The notes under the pieces were generated by a model. The model did no database searches and was not told the DNA's origin. It saw only the letters and a program-made list of their open reading frames with translations. A stretch of 55,936 nucleotides of DNA, from the NCBI GenBank assembly GCA_038209745.1, contig JBBQXJ010000025.1, positions 1 through 55,936 on the forward strand. The letters run 5' to 3'. Both the position numbers and the translations under genes were made by a program. Source of the stretch: Verrucomicrobiota bacterium. GTDB lineage: Bacteria > Verrucomicrobiota > Verrucomicrobiia > Limisphaerales > CANJSG01. Below, piece after piece: positions 1-9,290 of the stretch. Within the stretch, counting starts at the first letter, position 1. Each line of letters starts with the position of its first letter.

Positions 1-367
1 GCGCTGGCGGGCGAAGCGTTCGAGTTCGGCGTCGAGGGTGGCGTTGAGCTCGCTGATGGTGCTGGCGCTGAACTCGTGGCCGCAGAGCTCTTCGCTGATG
101 GCCTTGACCTTCCGGGTGGAGACGCCCTGCACATACATCTCCACCAGGGCGGCCACGAGGGCCTTTTCGCTGCGTTGGTAGCGGCCGCTGCGGTAGCCGA
201 GCCGGCCGGCGCTGCGTTCGCCCTTGGCGGCTCCCAGGGCGTCGTTCATCTCGGCTTCGAGAAACTCCTGCACGGCCAGCTGCACCAACGGGCGCAACAG
301 GTCCTCGTCTCCGGCCATCTGAGCTCCCGCGTTCTTCCACGGTTCGGACAGTCTGCTTGCGGGTCAT
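1..367 (-). pseudogene. IS256-family transposase, N-terminal part, with a frameshift and an internal deletion; runs off the window
   Basis: Minus strand reads ...FLEAEMNDALGAAKGERSAGRLGYRSG|RYQRSEKALVAALVEMYVQGVSTRKVKAISEELCGHEFSASTIS..., the IS256 (Mutator-like) signature. The usual 'YYxRxLxTRVGxLELRVPxDRxGxFSTxxFE' segment is missing, and the ATG at 367 is out of frame with the conserved body. Confidence 0.88.
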
Positions 368-451
368 GGTTCCTTTGGGGTTCGGGGTTGCTTTGCTCGC
401 TCCCGTTCCTCCCTTGACCCACCTTCTTTTTGCAGAACTTTCAGGACACCG
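1..451 (-). mobile_element. IS256-family element, left end
   Basis: Transposase remnant plus TTTTTGCAGAACTTTCAGGACACC (about 427-450), which resembles IS256-type terminal repeats. The partner end lies outside the window. Confidence 0.7.
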
Positions 452-900
452 TTGAAAAGCCCCGCCCTTGCCCGTCTCGTCGTTCGCACCATCTGCTTGT
501 TTGTGTGTCGTGTGTTGCCTTGGGTGTGTCGTTTGCCGGGAGGCTAGGGGTGTGCCAGTAGGAGCAACCCCGCTCCCGGAGTCCCGCTAATACCCGCCCC
601 CACTAACGAACCTCCTCCGGTGCCCGCGCGGTTTCTTTCGGAGCGTTAGGCAAGGTGTCGTTTGCCTGGCCCGCTTGGGTTTCGTGAACCAAGTTTTTTG
701 AATAGACCCGTCGCAACCGGATAACCGCCCAAGGGGGGGTAGGTTTTTAGAATCGTCCTGCCCCTATCATATAGAGGGCAGGAGGACCTGGAGACGCCTA
801 CGTGGATTCCGGATGCCTGGCGGCCATGCCCTGCTTCATGGGTGATCTTTTGGAGAGGCGTCAACACCCGGAGGGAGGGACCTGAAAGAGGGGGCACGGG

Positions 901-1070
901 GTGTCATCGGTCTTTTTCTGCCGATGACAGAAGCGATGACGGGTTTTCTTCAACCAAGAGCGCATGTTTGGAGCCCTCTCTTCTTCTTCTTCTCTATTAG
1001 ATATTTAAGAGAGAGAGAGAGAGAGTAATAGGCTTTCGTGCAAAAGAGGGTCTGTCATCGCTGTCATCGC
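901..1070. repeat. TGTCATCG(G/C) iteron-like repeats flanking a CT-rich / AT / GA-rich core (putative replication origin)
   Basis: TGTCATCGG at 902, inverted CCGATGACA at 921, GCGATGAC at 933, tandem TGTCATCGC x2 at 1053-1070. These surround ctctcttcttcttcttctct-attagatattta-agagagagagagagagag. Confidence 0.6.
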
Positions 1071-1174
1071 TACTTTCCTCTCGTGTAGGTTTTAAGAATT
1101 CTCGGTTTGAGATTTCCGGTTTGATGGTCTCCTAGATGCGCTCTTACTATAGGCACACATTTCCAGAAAAAGCG

Positions 1175-1255
1175 TGTCCACCGTGGACAGCTATCATAAG
1201 TGCCTCTCCTTCATAGTGTTAACCTGTCCACACACTGTGCACGGAAGCCGTCCAC
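1175..1255. repeat. TGTCCAC repeat cluster (putative protein-binding sites)
   Basis: Palindrome TGTCCAC-C-GTGGACA at 1175-1189, plus TGTCCAC at 1225, TGTGCAC at 1236 and CGTCCAC at 1249. Confidence 0.6.
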
Positions 1256-1326
1256 ACCCCCTATTTTTGTCCTCGTGAGCAAAGCCGGGGTGGATTTTGG
1301 CCTCGGGCTGGCCTGAACAGGTGGCT

Positions 1327-1359
1327 AAAATGAAACACCCCCGGCTTGGGCCGGGGGTG
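1327..1359 (-). terminator. Intrinsic terminator
   Basis: Perfect 10-bp stem CACCCCCGGC/GCCGGGGGTG with a 4-nt loop, followed on the minus strand by TTTCATTTT, just downstream of the stop at 1388. Confidence 0.75.
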
Positions 1360-1387
1360 AAGGGGGGGGTGGGGAGTTGAACGGGAT

Positions 1388-1732
1388 TTATCGCTTGGAC
1401 GCCAGGACGGCGGCGAGGTGGGTGATGACTTGTTCGACGGCGGGGTCATTTTTGGCGGATTGGATGAGGGTGCGGAGGTGGGGCTCGAGGTTCTTGGGGA
1501 CTTCCTTGAGACGGCCGAGCTCGGTGGGGATCTTCCCGCCGATGGTGATCTTGATGAGGGCTTCGGCGGCGGGCAGGCCGGGCACGGATTTTTCATCGGC
1601 CAGCTTGGCGGCGATGAGAAGGGCCTGTTCGGCGGGGTCGTTGCTGAGGGCGGCGGCGATGAGGCCGAGCACGACGACGGTGGTGATGATGCGTCGGGCG
1701 GGTTTCAAGAACAACCGGGGGCATCTCTGCAC
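1388..1732 (-). CDS. Hypothetical protein, probably the 3' fragment of a longer phage/element gene
   Basis: Strong C-ending codon bias from about 1692 to the stop, followed by a terminator. The first ~14 codons are antisense to the xis-like ORF. Confidence 0.5.
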   Translation of the reverse strand: MQRCPRLFLKPARRIITTVVVLGLIAAALSNDPAEQALLIAAKLADEKSVPGLPAAEALIKITIGGKIPTELGRLKEVPKNLEPHLRTLIQSAKNDPAVEQVITHLAAVLASKR

Positions 1733-1931
1733 GCTGGCCCATGCGGAGGCGTGGCTGGAGGGACATCCGGATTTCAGGCCGGTGCTGTATCGGAAACTGC
1801 CAATACGGCCCAGGCCTTTGAAATCTCGGTCGAGTCCACCCGCCGATAAATCCGGTGCTGGGACGTCGACGAGTGGTTCACCATCTTCATCGCCACGGTC
1901 TCCGGAATCCCTCCCCGGTGGAGAAGGCTGA
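1686..1931 (+). CDS. Excisionase-like small protein (probably 5'-truncated), convergent with and overlapping the integrase 3' end
   Basis: MMRRAGFKNNRGHLCTLAHAEAWLEGHPDFRP resembles the small DNA-binding proteins convergent with integrases in such elements. Called from position and remembered motif only. Confidence 0.4.
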   Translation: MMRRAGFKNNRGHLCTLAHAEAWLEGHPDFRPVLYRKLPIRPRPLKSRSSPPADKSGAGTSTSGSPSSSPRSPESLPGGEG

Positions 1932-2937
1932 TAAACCGGACGCGAAGGCTATGAAAACTGACATCTTTGAAGGATGGATCGTGGGCGCGCAGCTTCCTGA
2001 AGAGGCGCCACCAAAGCATCGTAGGGCTGGCGACGGGCTCGTAGGTATGGGTTCGCCCTTCGGCTTTGAGCCGCTCCAGGAACGGCATGAGCCCGGGGTT
2101 GAGAGCCGGGGAAAACTGCTTTCCTCCCTTGGTGCGGAGGTTGGTCAGGCATTGGTTGCTCCAGTCGATGGAGGACAGGGGAAAGCGAGTCTCGAACATG
2201 CGGAAGCCCTGATGGAAGGCGATCTCGAACGAGGCTTCAAGGAACAGGGCGGTGAGCGTGTCTCCGGTGGCGGCGGCGGCGGTGAGCCGAGCGGCGATGG
2301 CCGCGCGGATCTTCGCTATCTGTTCGGGATTGGGTTCCGCTTTGATCCGGCGGGGTTTGGCTCTGAGGTTCAGATGGATTGCCGGGTTGAACTGGATGAG
2401 TTCAAGGGAGACACACTCCTGGAGGATGACCCGCAGACACTTGATCTCGTCGAGGATGGTGTTGATGCCGGGCGCTCGTCCGTCCCTGCTCACGGCGTTG
2501 ACGGCATTCATGCGCCAAGGGACGTAATCCAGGACGATCCGGCGGGTGATCTGGGCGGGATAGTGGGCCTTGATCGACTCGAGATAGACGCTGAGGCTCC
2601 GCCAGCTGGTAACCATTCTGTTGAGCGAATTGAGATTTCCGGAATACCGCTGCTCGAGGTAGGCAGGAATCCACTGGTTGAAGGCGGTGGCGTGGTTTAC
2701 TTCCTCGCGGAGACGCTCGCCCTGCGTCCTTTGGTCCCGGACGAAGAGGGCCTTGCGGTAGCCCTGCGTGGTCCCGTGTGGAATGTGGGTGCTCTCCCTC
2801 CGATCCTCTTCGCCGACAGCCACGCGGCCACCTACAACTTTTCCCACGAACTGCGCGACAACCTTTATTTCCCCTACGAGGAAACAGCCCAGTGGATGTG
2901 GTATAAACCCGCCCAATAGCTCGCCGAGGCCCGACAT
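1774..2937 (-). CDS. Tyrosine recombinase/integrase. Recognisable sequence starts at about 2801; the upstream part is antisense to a host gene fragment.
   Basis: Catalytic motifs GFR (R), TKGG (K), FHSLRVRF (HxxR), VNHSS (H) and HRIY (Y), plus a core-binding-like region 'TILDEIKCLRVILQEC'. Confidence 0.88.
   Translation of the reverse strand: MSGLGELLGGFIPHPLGCFLVGEIKVVAQFVGKVVGGRVAVGEEDRRESTHIPHGTTQGYRKALFVRDQRTQGERLREEVNHATAFNQWIPAYLEQRYSGNLNSLNRMVTSWRSLSVYLESIKAHYPAQITRRIVLDYVPWRMNAVNAVSRDGRAPGINTILDEIKCLRVILQECVSLELIQFNPAIHLNLRAKPRRIKAEPNPEQIAKIRAAIAARLTAAAATGDTLTALFLEASFEIAFHQGFRMFETRFPLSSIDWSNQCLTNLRTKGGKQFSPALNPGLMPFLERLKAEGRTHTYEPVASPTMLWWRLFRKLRAHDPSFKDVSFHSLRVRFISLLHRGGIPETVAMKMVNHSSTSQHRIYRRVDSTEISKAWAVLAVSDTAPA
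2803..2919 (+). pseudogene. 3' fragment of a prepilin-type H-X9-DG-CTERM (DUF1559-like) gene
   Basis: ILFADSHAATYNFSHELRDNLYFPYEETAQWMWYKPAQ* matches the 'N(I/V)LFxDGH' C-terminal motif. It has coding-type codon usage, and no upstream part is present. Confidence 0.62.
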
Positions 2938-3553
2938 GTCCGACTCCGCTCCAGTCTCCCGCCAGATCCGCGTCGAATCCCTCTGGACCCTTCTCCGGTC
3001 GCTTGCCGCCCGGCTCTGGTCGACTGGGATGGACAGCGAAAGCCTTCACACCGCGTGGCGTTCGCACGTCGAGGTGGCCTGCGACGCCTGTGACGCCCGG
3101 CTGACGGAGGAAGAACTCACCTCCCTCCTCGACTTGCCGGAAGGTTTGGAGCCGACCGCGCTGCGTCTTCAACGACTGGCCCAAGGCTACTGCCCCGAGC
3201 CGGGTTGCGCCTCGCGCTTCTACCGGATCACCCTCGCCCCGGCTGAAGCCATCGAATGGAACGCGCTCTTGGACGGGGCGCGGAATTCGCCTCCGTCCGA
3301 AATGGAAGAAGAAGCCGCTGCCGCCCGGTTAAGCCTTTCGTGGCGGACCAATAAGACGCTCCGGATCGCCCTTGCCCTCGTGGCGCTCGTCGCCGTTCTT
3401 CTGCTCCGCCAATGGTATGTCAACGGCACCATCCCGTTCGTGACTCGCACCTTCACGGTTGCTCCGGCCGCTGCGGCGCCGACGCCCGGTTCCACCACGG
3501 CGGCCCCTTCCGTTGAGCCGCGAACCAATGCGCCCTTCAGAATTGCTCGATAG
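2936..3553 (+). CDS. Hypothetical membrane-anchored protein with a Cys cluster (CxxC...CxxxxC)
   Basis: ORF with CDAC and YCPEPGC motifs and one hydrophobic helix (IALALVALVAVLLL). Confidence 0.75.
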   Translation: MSDSAPVSRQIRVESLWTLLRSLAARLWSTGMDSESLHTAWRSHVEVACDACDARLTEEELTSLLDLPEGLEPTALRLQRLAQGYCPEPGCASRFYRITLAPAEAIEWNALLDGARNSPPSEMEEEAAAARLSLSWRTNKTLRIALALVALVAVLLLRQWYVNGTIPFVTRTFTVAPAAAAPTPGSTTAAPSVEPRTNAPFRIAR

Positions 3554-3675
3554 CCGGCTGTCGACATCAAGGGGTGGTCCGGTGTCCCGGTGTGGTTTCA
3601 ATGGTCCGCAGCGTTGCTGGCCTGATTCTCCACCGCCGCATTTGCCGCGCCCGGTCCGCCTGCTAGCGTCGTCGC

Positions 3676-5199
3676 ATGGCATTTGATTCGTTCCGGGAGT
3701 TCGTCGAGCAGCTCGACCGCGCAGGCGAGCTGAAGCGCATTTCCCAGCCCGTCGCCACTGAGCTGGAGATCACGGAGATCGCCGACCGGGAGATGAAGCG
3801 TCCCGGCGGCGGCAAGGCGCTTCTCTTCGAGAAGCCCACCATCAACGGCGTCGTCTCTCCCTTCCCCGTCGCCATCAACACGCTCGGCTCGTGGAAACGG
3901 ATGGCCATGAGCATGGGCGTGGAATCCGTGGACGCGGCCGCCAAGGAGCTTGGCGCCCTGATGAAGGCCAAGCCGCCCACCGGCTTCAAGGAAACCATCA
4001 AGCTACTGGGCACCGCGTTGGAGCTCCGCCACGCCAAACCCAAGACGGTGAAGTCCGGCCCGTGCAAGGACGTGATCCACCGCTACGACGCGCCCGCCAG
4101 CCATACCTCGCCCTGGCCCGATGCGCCCGATTGGAAAGTCGGCACCAATCCCAATCCGCCCACGCTCGCCGACCTGCCCATCTTGAAATGCTGGCCGCTC
4201 GACGGCGGCCGCTATGTCACGCTCCCCTGCGTCGTCACCCAGGATCCCGACACCGGCGACCGCAACCTCGGCATGTATCGCATCCAGGTCTATGACGACC
4301 GCACCACCGGCCTGCATTGGCAGCTCCAGAAGGTCGCCGCGCGCCACGGCCGTCGCTACTACGAGAAGGGGGAACGCATGCCCGTCGCCATCTTCCTCGG
4401 CGGCGATCCCATGTTCCCCTTCGCCGCCACCGCGCCGCTGCCCGACGGACTCGATGAGTTCATGCTCGCCGGGTATCTGCGGAAGAAGTCCGTCGAACTG
4501 GTGAAGTGCGAGACCAACGACCTCCAGGTTCCGGCCAACGCCGACTTCGTCATCGAAGGCTACATGGATCCGACCGAGCCGCTGAGGATGGAAGGCCCGT
4601 TCGGCGACCACACCGGCTACTACACCCTGCCCGAGCCGTATCCCGTCTTCCACGTCACCGCCATCACCCATCGCAAAGACGCCGTCTATCCCGCCACCAT
4701 CGTCGGCATCCCGCCGATGGAGGACTTCTACATTGGCGCCGCCTCCGTGAAGCTCTTCCTCCCGATGTTCCAGATGAACTTCCCGGAGATCGTGGACATC
4801 GCCCTGCCGGCCGAAGGCGCCTTCCACAACCTCGTCGTCGTCTCCATCAAGAAGACCTACCCGATGCAGGCCTACAAGATCATGCACGGTCTCTGGGGCA
4901 TGGGTCAGATGATGTTCACCAAATACATCATCGTGGTGGACGCCCATGTGGACGTGCACAACACCAGCGAAGTCCTCTTCCACCTCTGCGCCGACACCGA
5001 TCCCCAGCGCGACACCCTGATGACCAAGGGCCCGGCCGACGTGCTCGACCACGCCACACCGAGTGTCGCTGCCGGCGGCAAGCTGGGCTTCGACGCCACC
5101 CGCAAACTTCCCGGCGAAGGCTACCAACGCGAATGGCCGCCGCTCATCCGGATGGATCCGGCGGTGAAGGCAAAGGTGGATAAGCTTTTCAACCCGTAG
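3676..5199 (+). CDS. ubiD: UbiD-family prFMN-dependent decarboxylase (menaquinone futalosine-pathway type)
   Basis: NLGMYRIQ, EGPFGDHTGYY, GIPPMED and GGKLGFDATRK motifs; 507 aa. Confidence 0.95.
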   Translation: MAFDSFREFVEQLDRAGELKRISQPVATELEITEIADREMKRPGGGKALLFEKPTINGVVSPFPVAINTLGSWKRMAMSMGVESVDAAAKELGALMKAKPPTGFKETIKLLGTALELRHAKPKTVKSGPCKDVIHRYDAPASHTSPWPDAPDWKVGTNPNPPTLADLPILKCWPLDGGRYVTLPCVVTQDPDTGDRNLGMYRIQVYDDRTTGLHWQLQKVAARHGRRYYEKGERMPVAIFLGGDPMFPFAATAPLPDGLDEFMLAGYLRKKSVELVKCETNDLQVPANADFVIEGYMDPTEPLRMEGPFGDHTGYYTLPEPYPVFHVTAITHRKDAVYPATIVGIPPMEDFYIGAASVKLFLPMFQMNFPEIVDIALPAEGAFHNLVVVSIKKTYPMQAYKIMHGLWGMGQMMFTKYIIVVDAHVDVHNTSEVLFHLCADTDPQRDTLMTKGPADVLDHATPSVAAGGKLGFDATRKLPGEGYQREWPPLIRMDPAVKAKVDKLFNP

Positions 5200-5571
5200 C
5201 AACCATGAGCGAAAGGGTGAGGTTGCTTCGATTTCTGGGACGGTGGGCAAGAGGGATTGAATATCATGAAATCCATCACCAAAGCATCTCCTGTCAAAAC
5301 CGGGCGCAAATTCGACGCGTCCTGTTTACGCAGGGTTCGCCACGGGCATCTTCGGTCACGTCGGGCTCACTTCCTTCCGGTGCGACCCGTCGAATATTGA
5401 AACCGCCGAGACCGCGGTGACCGACATGTCGCGATCCATCGCGATGGTGCCGCGGCGCCAGCCGTGGCGAGCGTGCTCTCCGGCAGATCACTGGACTGAA
5501 GCCGCGTCGGTCCAGCCGTCGAAGATAAAGAAGACTCCTTGGTGTGGGTGGCTTTTGAAAAAAACGTCGGA

Positions 5572-6879
5572 TCAACGACACATCATGGCGGCGACTTTCT
5601 GGATCCGGGCCCGGACGATTCCAAGGTCCTCCCGATCCTCCACGTGCTTGTCGACCACCTGTTCCATCCGGCGAACATGGTCCATAAATACGGCGCGGCG
5701 TTCGTCGCTCATTTCGCGTTGGATGGCCGCCTCCACGGCGTCCAACATCGTCAGGTGGATCGCCACGTTGCCTCGCGCATCCCTGCGAATCTGTGACAGC
5801 GCTTCGTCTACGAAGTATCGATGGGTCTGAATTCGGGCAATGAGCCGGAGGCTTCCAGCGCGCCGGCGAATCTCCCCGGGAATCTTCCGCCCGTTTAAGC
5901 GGCCCAGGATCGCGCCGAGGTGGTGCAGACACGTCACCGCGGTCGTGGTGTCGTTCACACCGGGTGAAAGCGCCCTGAGCGAAATATCCACGAGCTGACG
6001 AATCCCGAACGCGGCGTCTTGTTCTATCGTCCTGAACGATGCGACTCCGAAGAACGCATTGAGGCTCGCCGCGAACTTCCCGACCAGAACATCCTTGCGG
6101 GCCACGGCCAGCAGAGGCTCGCCCGCGATCACGAATTCGCCGACTCCCCGCCTCATGTGGACCAGGGTCTGGTTCTTCTCGGCCCAGTGCATCAGGCCCT
6201 CGGTGTCGACGCTCTGCAAAAAACCCATCTGGGTGGAGGGAACTTCCGCCCAGGAGTTGTCCTGGACATGCGACGCGGCCTCCGCTGAATCCTCCCCTTC
6301 GCCCCGGTGATGCTCGGGATAGAGCCCGTCGATCACGTTCAACGTTTCATTCCCGATTCTGGAGATGATGGTGGAGGCTTGGATCGAGGTGGCGACATGG
6401 TGAATGAAGAAGATGAGGAACCCGATGCCGACGATGCCGAGCAGAATCCCCGTCGCCACCGACAGCGACGGCACAAACGACTCCTCTCCGCCGCGAACCG
6501 ACCGCAGCACGAGCAAACAATAGACGAAGACGCTGACGAACACCCCGAGCACGACCTGGTTCGCCCGGTCGCGCATGAAGTTGCGGAGGATGCGCGACGT
6601 GTATTGGGCCGATGTCTGGGAAAGAACCACGATGGTGATCGAAAACGTCACCCCGGCGACGCCGATCATGGAGCTGGCGATCGTCGAAAGAATGCTTCGC
6701 GCTCCGAGCGCGTTCGTCCCGAACACGAGCGGAAACCTTTCGGTGAGTTGGCTGCCGAGATAGGCATCCGCTTCCACCATTGCCGCCGCCAGCAGAGCCG
6801 TCGCAAAGATCATCAACGTCGGAATGAACCAGAAACTGGAACGCAGATTGATCCACATCTGGAGGAGTTTGGAATTCAT
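5572..6879 (-). CDS. DUF2254-family membrane protein
   Basis: LRSSFWFIP, ARSILSTIASSMIGVAGVTFSITIV, QYTSRILRNFMRD and RQLVDISLRALSPGVNDTTTA motifs. Confidence 0.9.
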   Translation of the reverse strand: MNSKLLQMWINLRSSFWFIPTLMIFATALLAAAMVEADAYLGSQLTERFPLVFGTNALGARSILSTIASSMIGVAGVTFSITIVVLSQTSAQYTSRILRNFMRDRANQVVLGVFVSVFVYCLLVLRSVRGGEESFVPSLSVATGILLGIVGIGFLIFFIHHVATSIQASTIISRIGNETLNVIDGLYPEHHRGEGEDSAEAASHVQDNSWAEVPSTQMGFLQSVDTEGLMHWAEKNQTLVHMRRGVGEFVIAGEPLLAVARKDVLVGKFAASLNAFFGVASFRTIEQDAAFGIRQLVDISLRALSPGVNDTTTAVTCLHHLGAILGRLNGRKIPGEIRRRAGSLRLIARIQTHRYFVDEALSQIRRDARGNVAIHLTMLDAVEAAIQREMSDERRAVFMDHVRRMEQVVDKHVEDREDLGIVRARIQKVAAMMCR

Positions 6880-7110
6880 GATCGCGGGGCTCTTTTGCGG
6901 AAAATTCGTGCCCAACTCAAACCCCGAAATCCAGCAACATCGGCCGAAGCGGGCGGAGCAGAGACCTAACAGCCGGCCGCGCGGCCATGCCCGGATCAAA
7001 TCGCGGGCTCAGGATCCAGCGGTTCCGCATTGCGGCTTTGGTTGCTCCTGCAACCCTGCCGCTTCGATCCGAAACAACGTTGGCCAATCCTGTTGGGCCT
7101 GTATTGAAAC

Positions 7111-8223
7111 ATGAAAGCGATCCTTGGATTCCTTCTCTTCGTGGCGACCGTTTCCCTCGCTCAGACGCCGCGCCCCGACACGGTTGTCTCGCCCGAGGTG
7201 CAGCCGGATCGTCGCACGATCTTCCGCGTGTTCGCACCCAAGGCGTCCGAGGTGAGTCTGGAGGGCGACTGGATGACGCCGGGCACGAAGCAGCCGATGA
7301 CACGTGACGATCAGGGTGTCTGGTCCACCACCGCCGGACCTCTCGATCCCGGCCTGGACATCTACGCGTTCACCGTCGATGGCGTGACCACACCGGACCC
7401 GGTGAACCCGCTGGTCAAACGCCGCGCCCGCACTTCCGCAAGCCTTGTGGACGTGCCAGGAAATCCGTCCGAATTGTGGGAAGCCCGCGATGTTCCGCAC
7501 GGCGCGGTGGAGGCGGTTTGGCACCGGTCGAAGGTCACCGGCGACACCCGCGCTTATTATGTCTACACGCCGCCGGGCTATGATCCCGTCAAACGCACAC
7601 TCTATCCGGTGCTCTATCTCCTCCACGGCCACAACGACACGGCGGCCGGCTGGACGGACGTGGGCAAGGCGAACTTCATCCTCGATAACCTGATCGCCGA
7701 GAACCGGTCCGGGCCGATGATCATCGTGATGCCATGGGGTCACGCTGTGCCGTTCAACGGTCCACAGTCGAACAACACCGCGACGGTCGAGCGGTATCTG
7801 GTCGATGAAGTCGTTCCGCAGGTAGAGAAGAAATACCGTGTTGCCAAGGGCCGCGAGAACCGCGCGATCGTCGGCCTCTCGATGGGCGGGGGCCAAGCTT
7901 TGCAGATCGGGTTGGGCCATCTGGAGCTGTTCAGCGCGGTCGGGGCATTCAGCTCGGCAATCCCGCCGAACTTCGAGTCCCGTTTCCAGTCGCTGCTCGA
8001 TGATCCCTCGGCGACGAACAGGAAGCTGAGGCTGCTGTGGATTGGTTGCGGTCGACAGGACGGTGCGTTTGAGCGGAACGAGAAACTCTCGGAACTGCTA
8101 TCGGCCCACCTTATCCAAAATACGTTCCGTCCCACGGAGGGGCTCCACAACTACGCCATTTGGCGCCGGCATCTGACGGAGGTCGCTCCGTTGCTGTTCC
8201 GCAAAGACGGCAAGATCCGATGA
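7111..8223 (+). CDS. Secreted esterase (E-set/CBM48 domain plus alpha/beta-hydrolase, CE1-like)
   Basis: Signal peptide, YPVLYLLHG, GLSMGG nucleophile elbow and catalytic His in EGLHNY. Confidence 0.9.
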   Translation: MKAILGFLLFVATVSLAQTPRPDTVVSPEVQPDRRTIFRVFAPKASEVSLEGDWMTPGTKQPMTRDDQGVWSTTAGPLDPGLDIYAFTVDGVTTPDPVNPLVKRRARTSASLVDVPGNPSELWEARDVPHGAVEAVWHRSKVTGDTRAYYVYTPPGYDPVKRTLYPVLYLLHGHNDTAAGWTDVGKANFILDNLIAENRSGPMIIVMPWGHAVPFNGPQSNNTATVERYLVDEVVPQVEKKYRVAKGRENRAIVGLSMGGGQALQIGLGHLELFSAVGAFSSAIPPNFESRFQSLLDDPSATNRKLRLLWIGCGRQDGAFERNEKLSELLSAHLIQNTFRPTEGLHNYAIWRRHLTEVAPLLFRKDGKIR

Positions 8224-8344
8224 GGCGTGCCAAAATGGAGACGAATGGGGATGGCCGCCGCCCCGGCTTCCGTCCGGCGCCTCCAGTGAACCGCGAGCGC
8301 GCCCGGGGCGGGCGCGCGCTCCTTTCCCCACCGCATCGTTCCGG

Positions 8345-8820
8345 CTGAGAGAAGCTTTCCGAATGCGGGTCAAAGGCGATGTCCGACCTGAGCTTCTACC
8401 CGTGGCCTTACTTCCTGGAACTGGGCCTCCAGAATCCGGTCCACTTCGGTCTGGACCAGCGAGAGGAAATCTCCCGTTTGGTCGACATCGCAGATCTGAG
8501 GTCGCACCCGTTCGCGGCCGCCCGCGGAGGATCTCGTGCGAGTCCGAGCGGCCGAGTTTCCGGGATTGATTGGCGTCTCCATCCCGCGTCCGGTCATCTT
8601 CGAAACACTGAAGCATGCGCGCAGTCCCACCGAGGCGGATTTGACTTTGAACACCGTGGCCCTGTTGCCGGACTCGAAGTCCGGCCACCGCTTCGATCAG
8701 TCAGCGGTCGAGTTTCCAAAGGACTGGATGATCAGCGGAAAAAGCCCAAGTTTCATCTCCGAACGCCTGGCCGGTTCGAAGACCGGACAGACCTTTCTTC
8801 GGCATCTTCCGGTCACTTGA
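8345..8820 (+). pseudogene. Remnant of a sulfatase C-terminal region, frameshifted and internally deleted
   Basis: MSDLSFYP..LQNPVHFG..EISRLVDIADL in one frame and VRVRAAEFPGL..LTLNTVALL in the next resemble the HEAT-like tail of PVC-bacterial sulfatases (recalled similarity). Confidence 0.45.
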
Positions 8821-8830
8821 TTTGCAAACC

Positions 8831-9196
8831 GTGAAAGCGATTTCCGATTTCTTCACCTTCCACGGTGTCGATCCGTTTCTGGCCGGTCTGATTGTCGGCG
8901 TCGTCCTCTGTGTCTTTGCCCGCGTTGCCTTTGGCGGCGGCAGGTCTTCGTCGGGTGGGCGCCTTCAGATCGAGCCAGATGTCGGCCCAGGCGTTGTCCG
9001 TTCCCAATCGACCCGCATCCGGGTCGACAACAACGGTCGCGAACTCGAGCTCTCTCCTGAACAGTCTGTCGCCGTCATGGCCGCCCTTGATCAAGGCCAT
9101 AAAATCGAGGCCATTCGACTATTGCGCGACGCCACGGGCTTGGGCCTGAAAGAAGCCAAGAATCTCGCCGAAACCCTCCAACGTACCCGCTCCTGA
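8831..9196 (+). CDS. Membrane protein with a ribosomal L7/L12 C-terminal-like domain
   Basis: N-terminal TM helix and C-terminal GHKIEAIRLLRDATGLGLKEAK motif. Confidence 0.8.
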   Translation: MKAISDFFTFHGVDPFLAGLIVGVVLCVFARVAFGGGRSSSGGRLQIEPDVGPGVVRSQSTRIRVDNNGRELELSPEQSVAVMAALDQGHKIEAIRLLRDATGLGLKEAKNLAETLQRTRS

Positions 9197-9290
9197 CAGG
9201 TCGATGGAGAACGCAGTCCCTTCTTTTAGAGGTGCCGTGGAGACGGACCGCCACGGCTGTTGGCTGCGATGGGAAGCGTCCGATTCCCGC

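Noticed and set aside
8831..9196. rplL (ribosomal protein L7/L12)
   Set aside because: Has an N-terminal TM helix, only the short C-terminal motif, and no rplJ/rpoB context.
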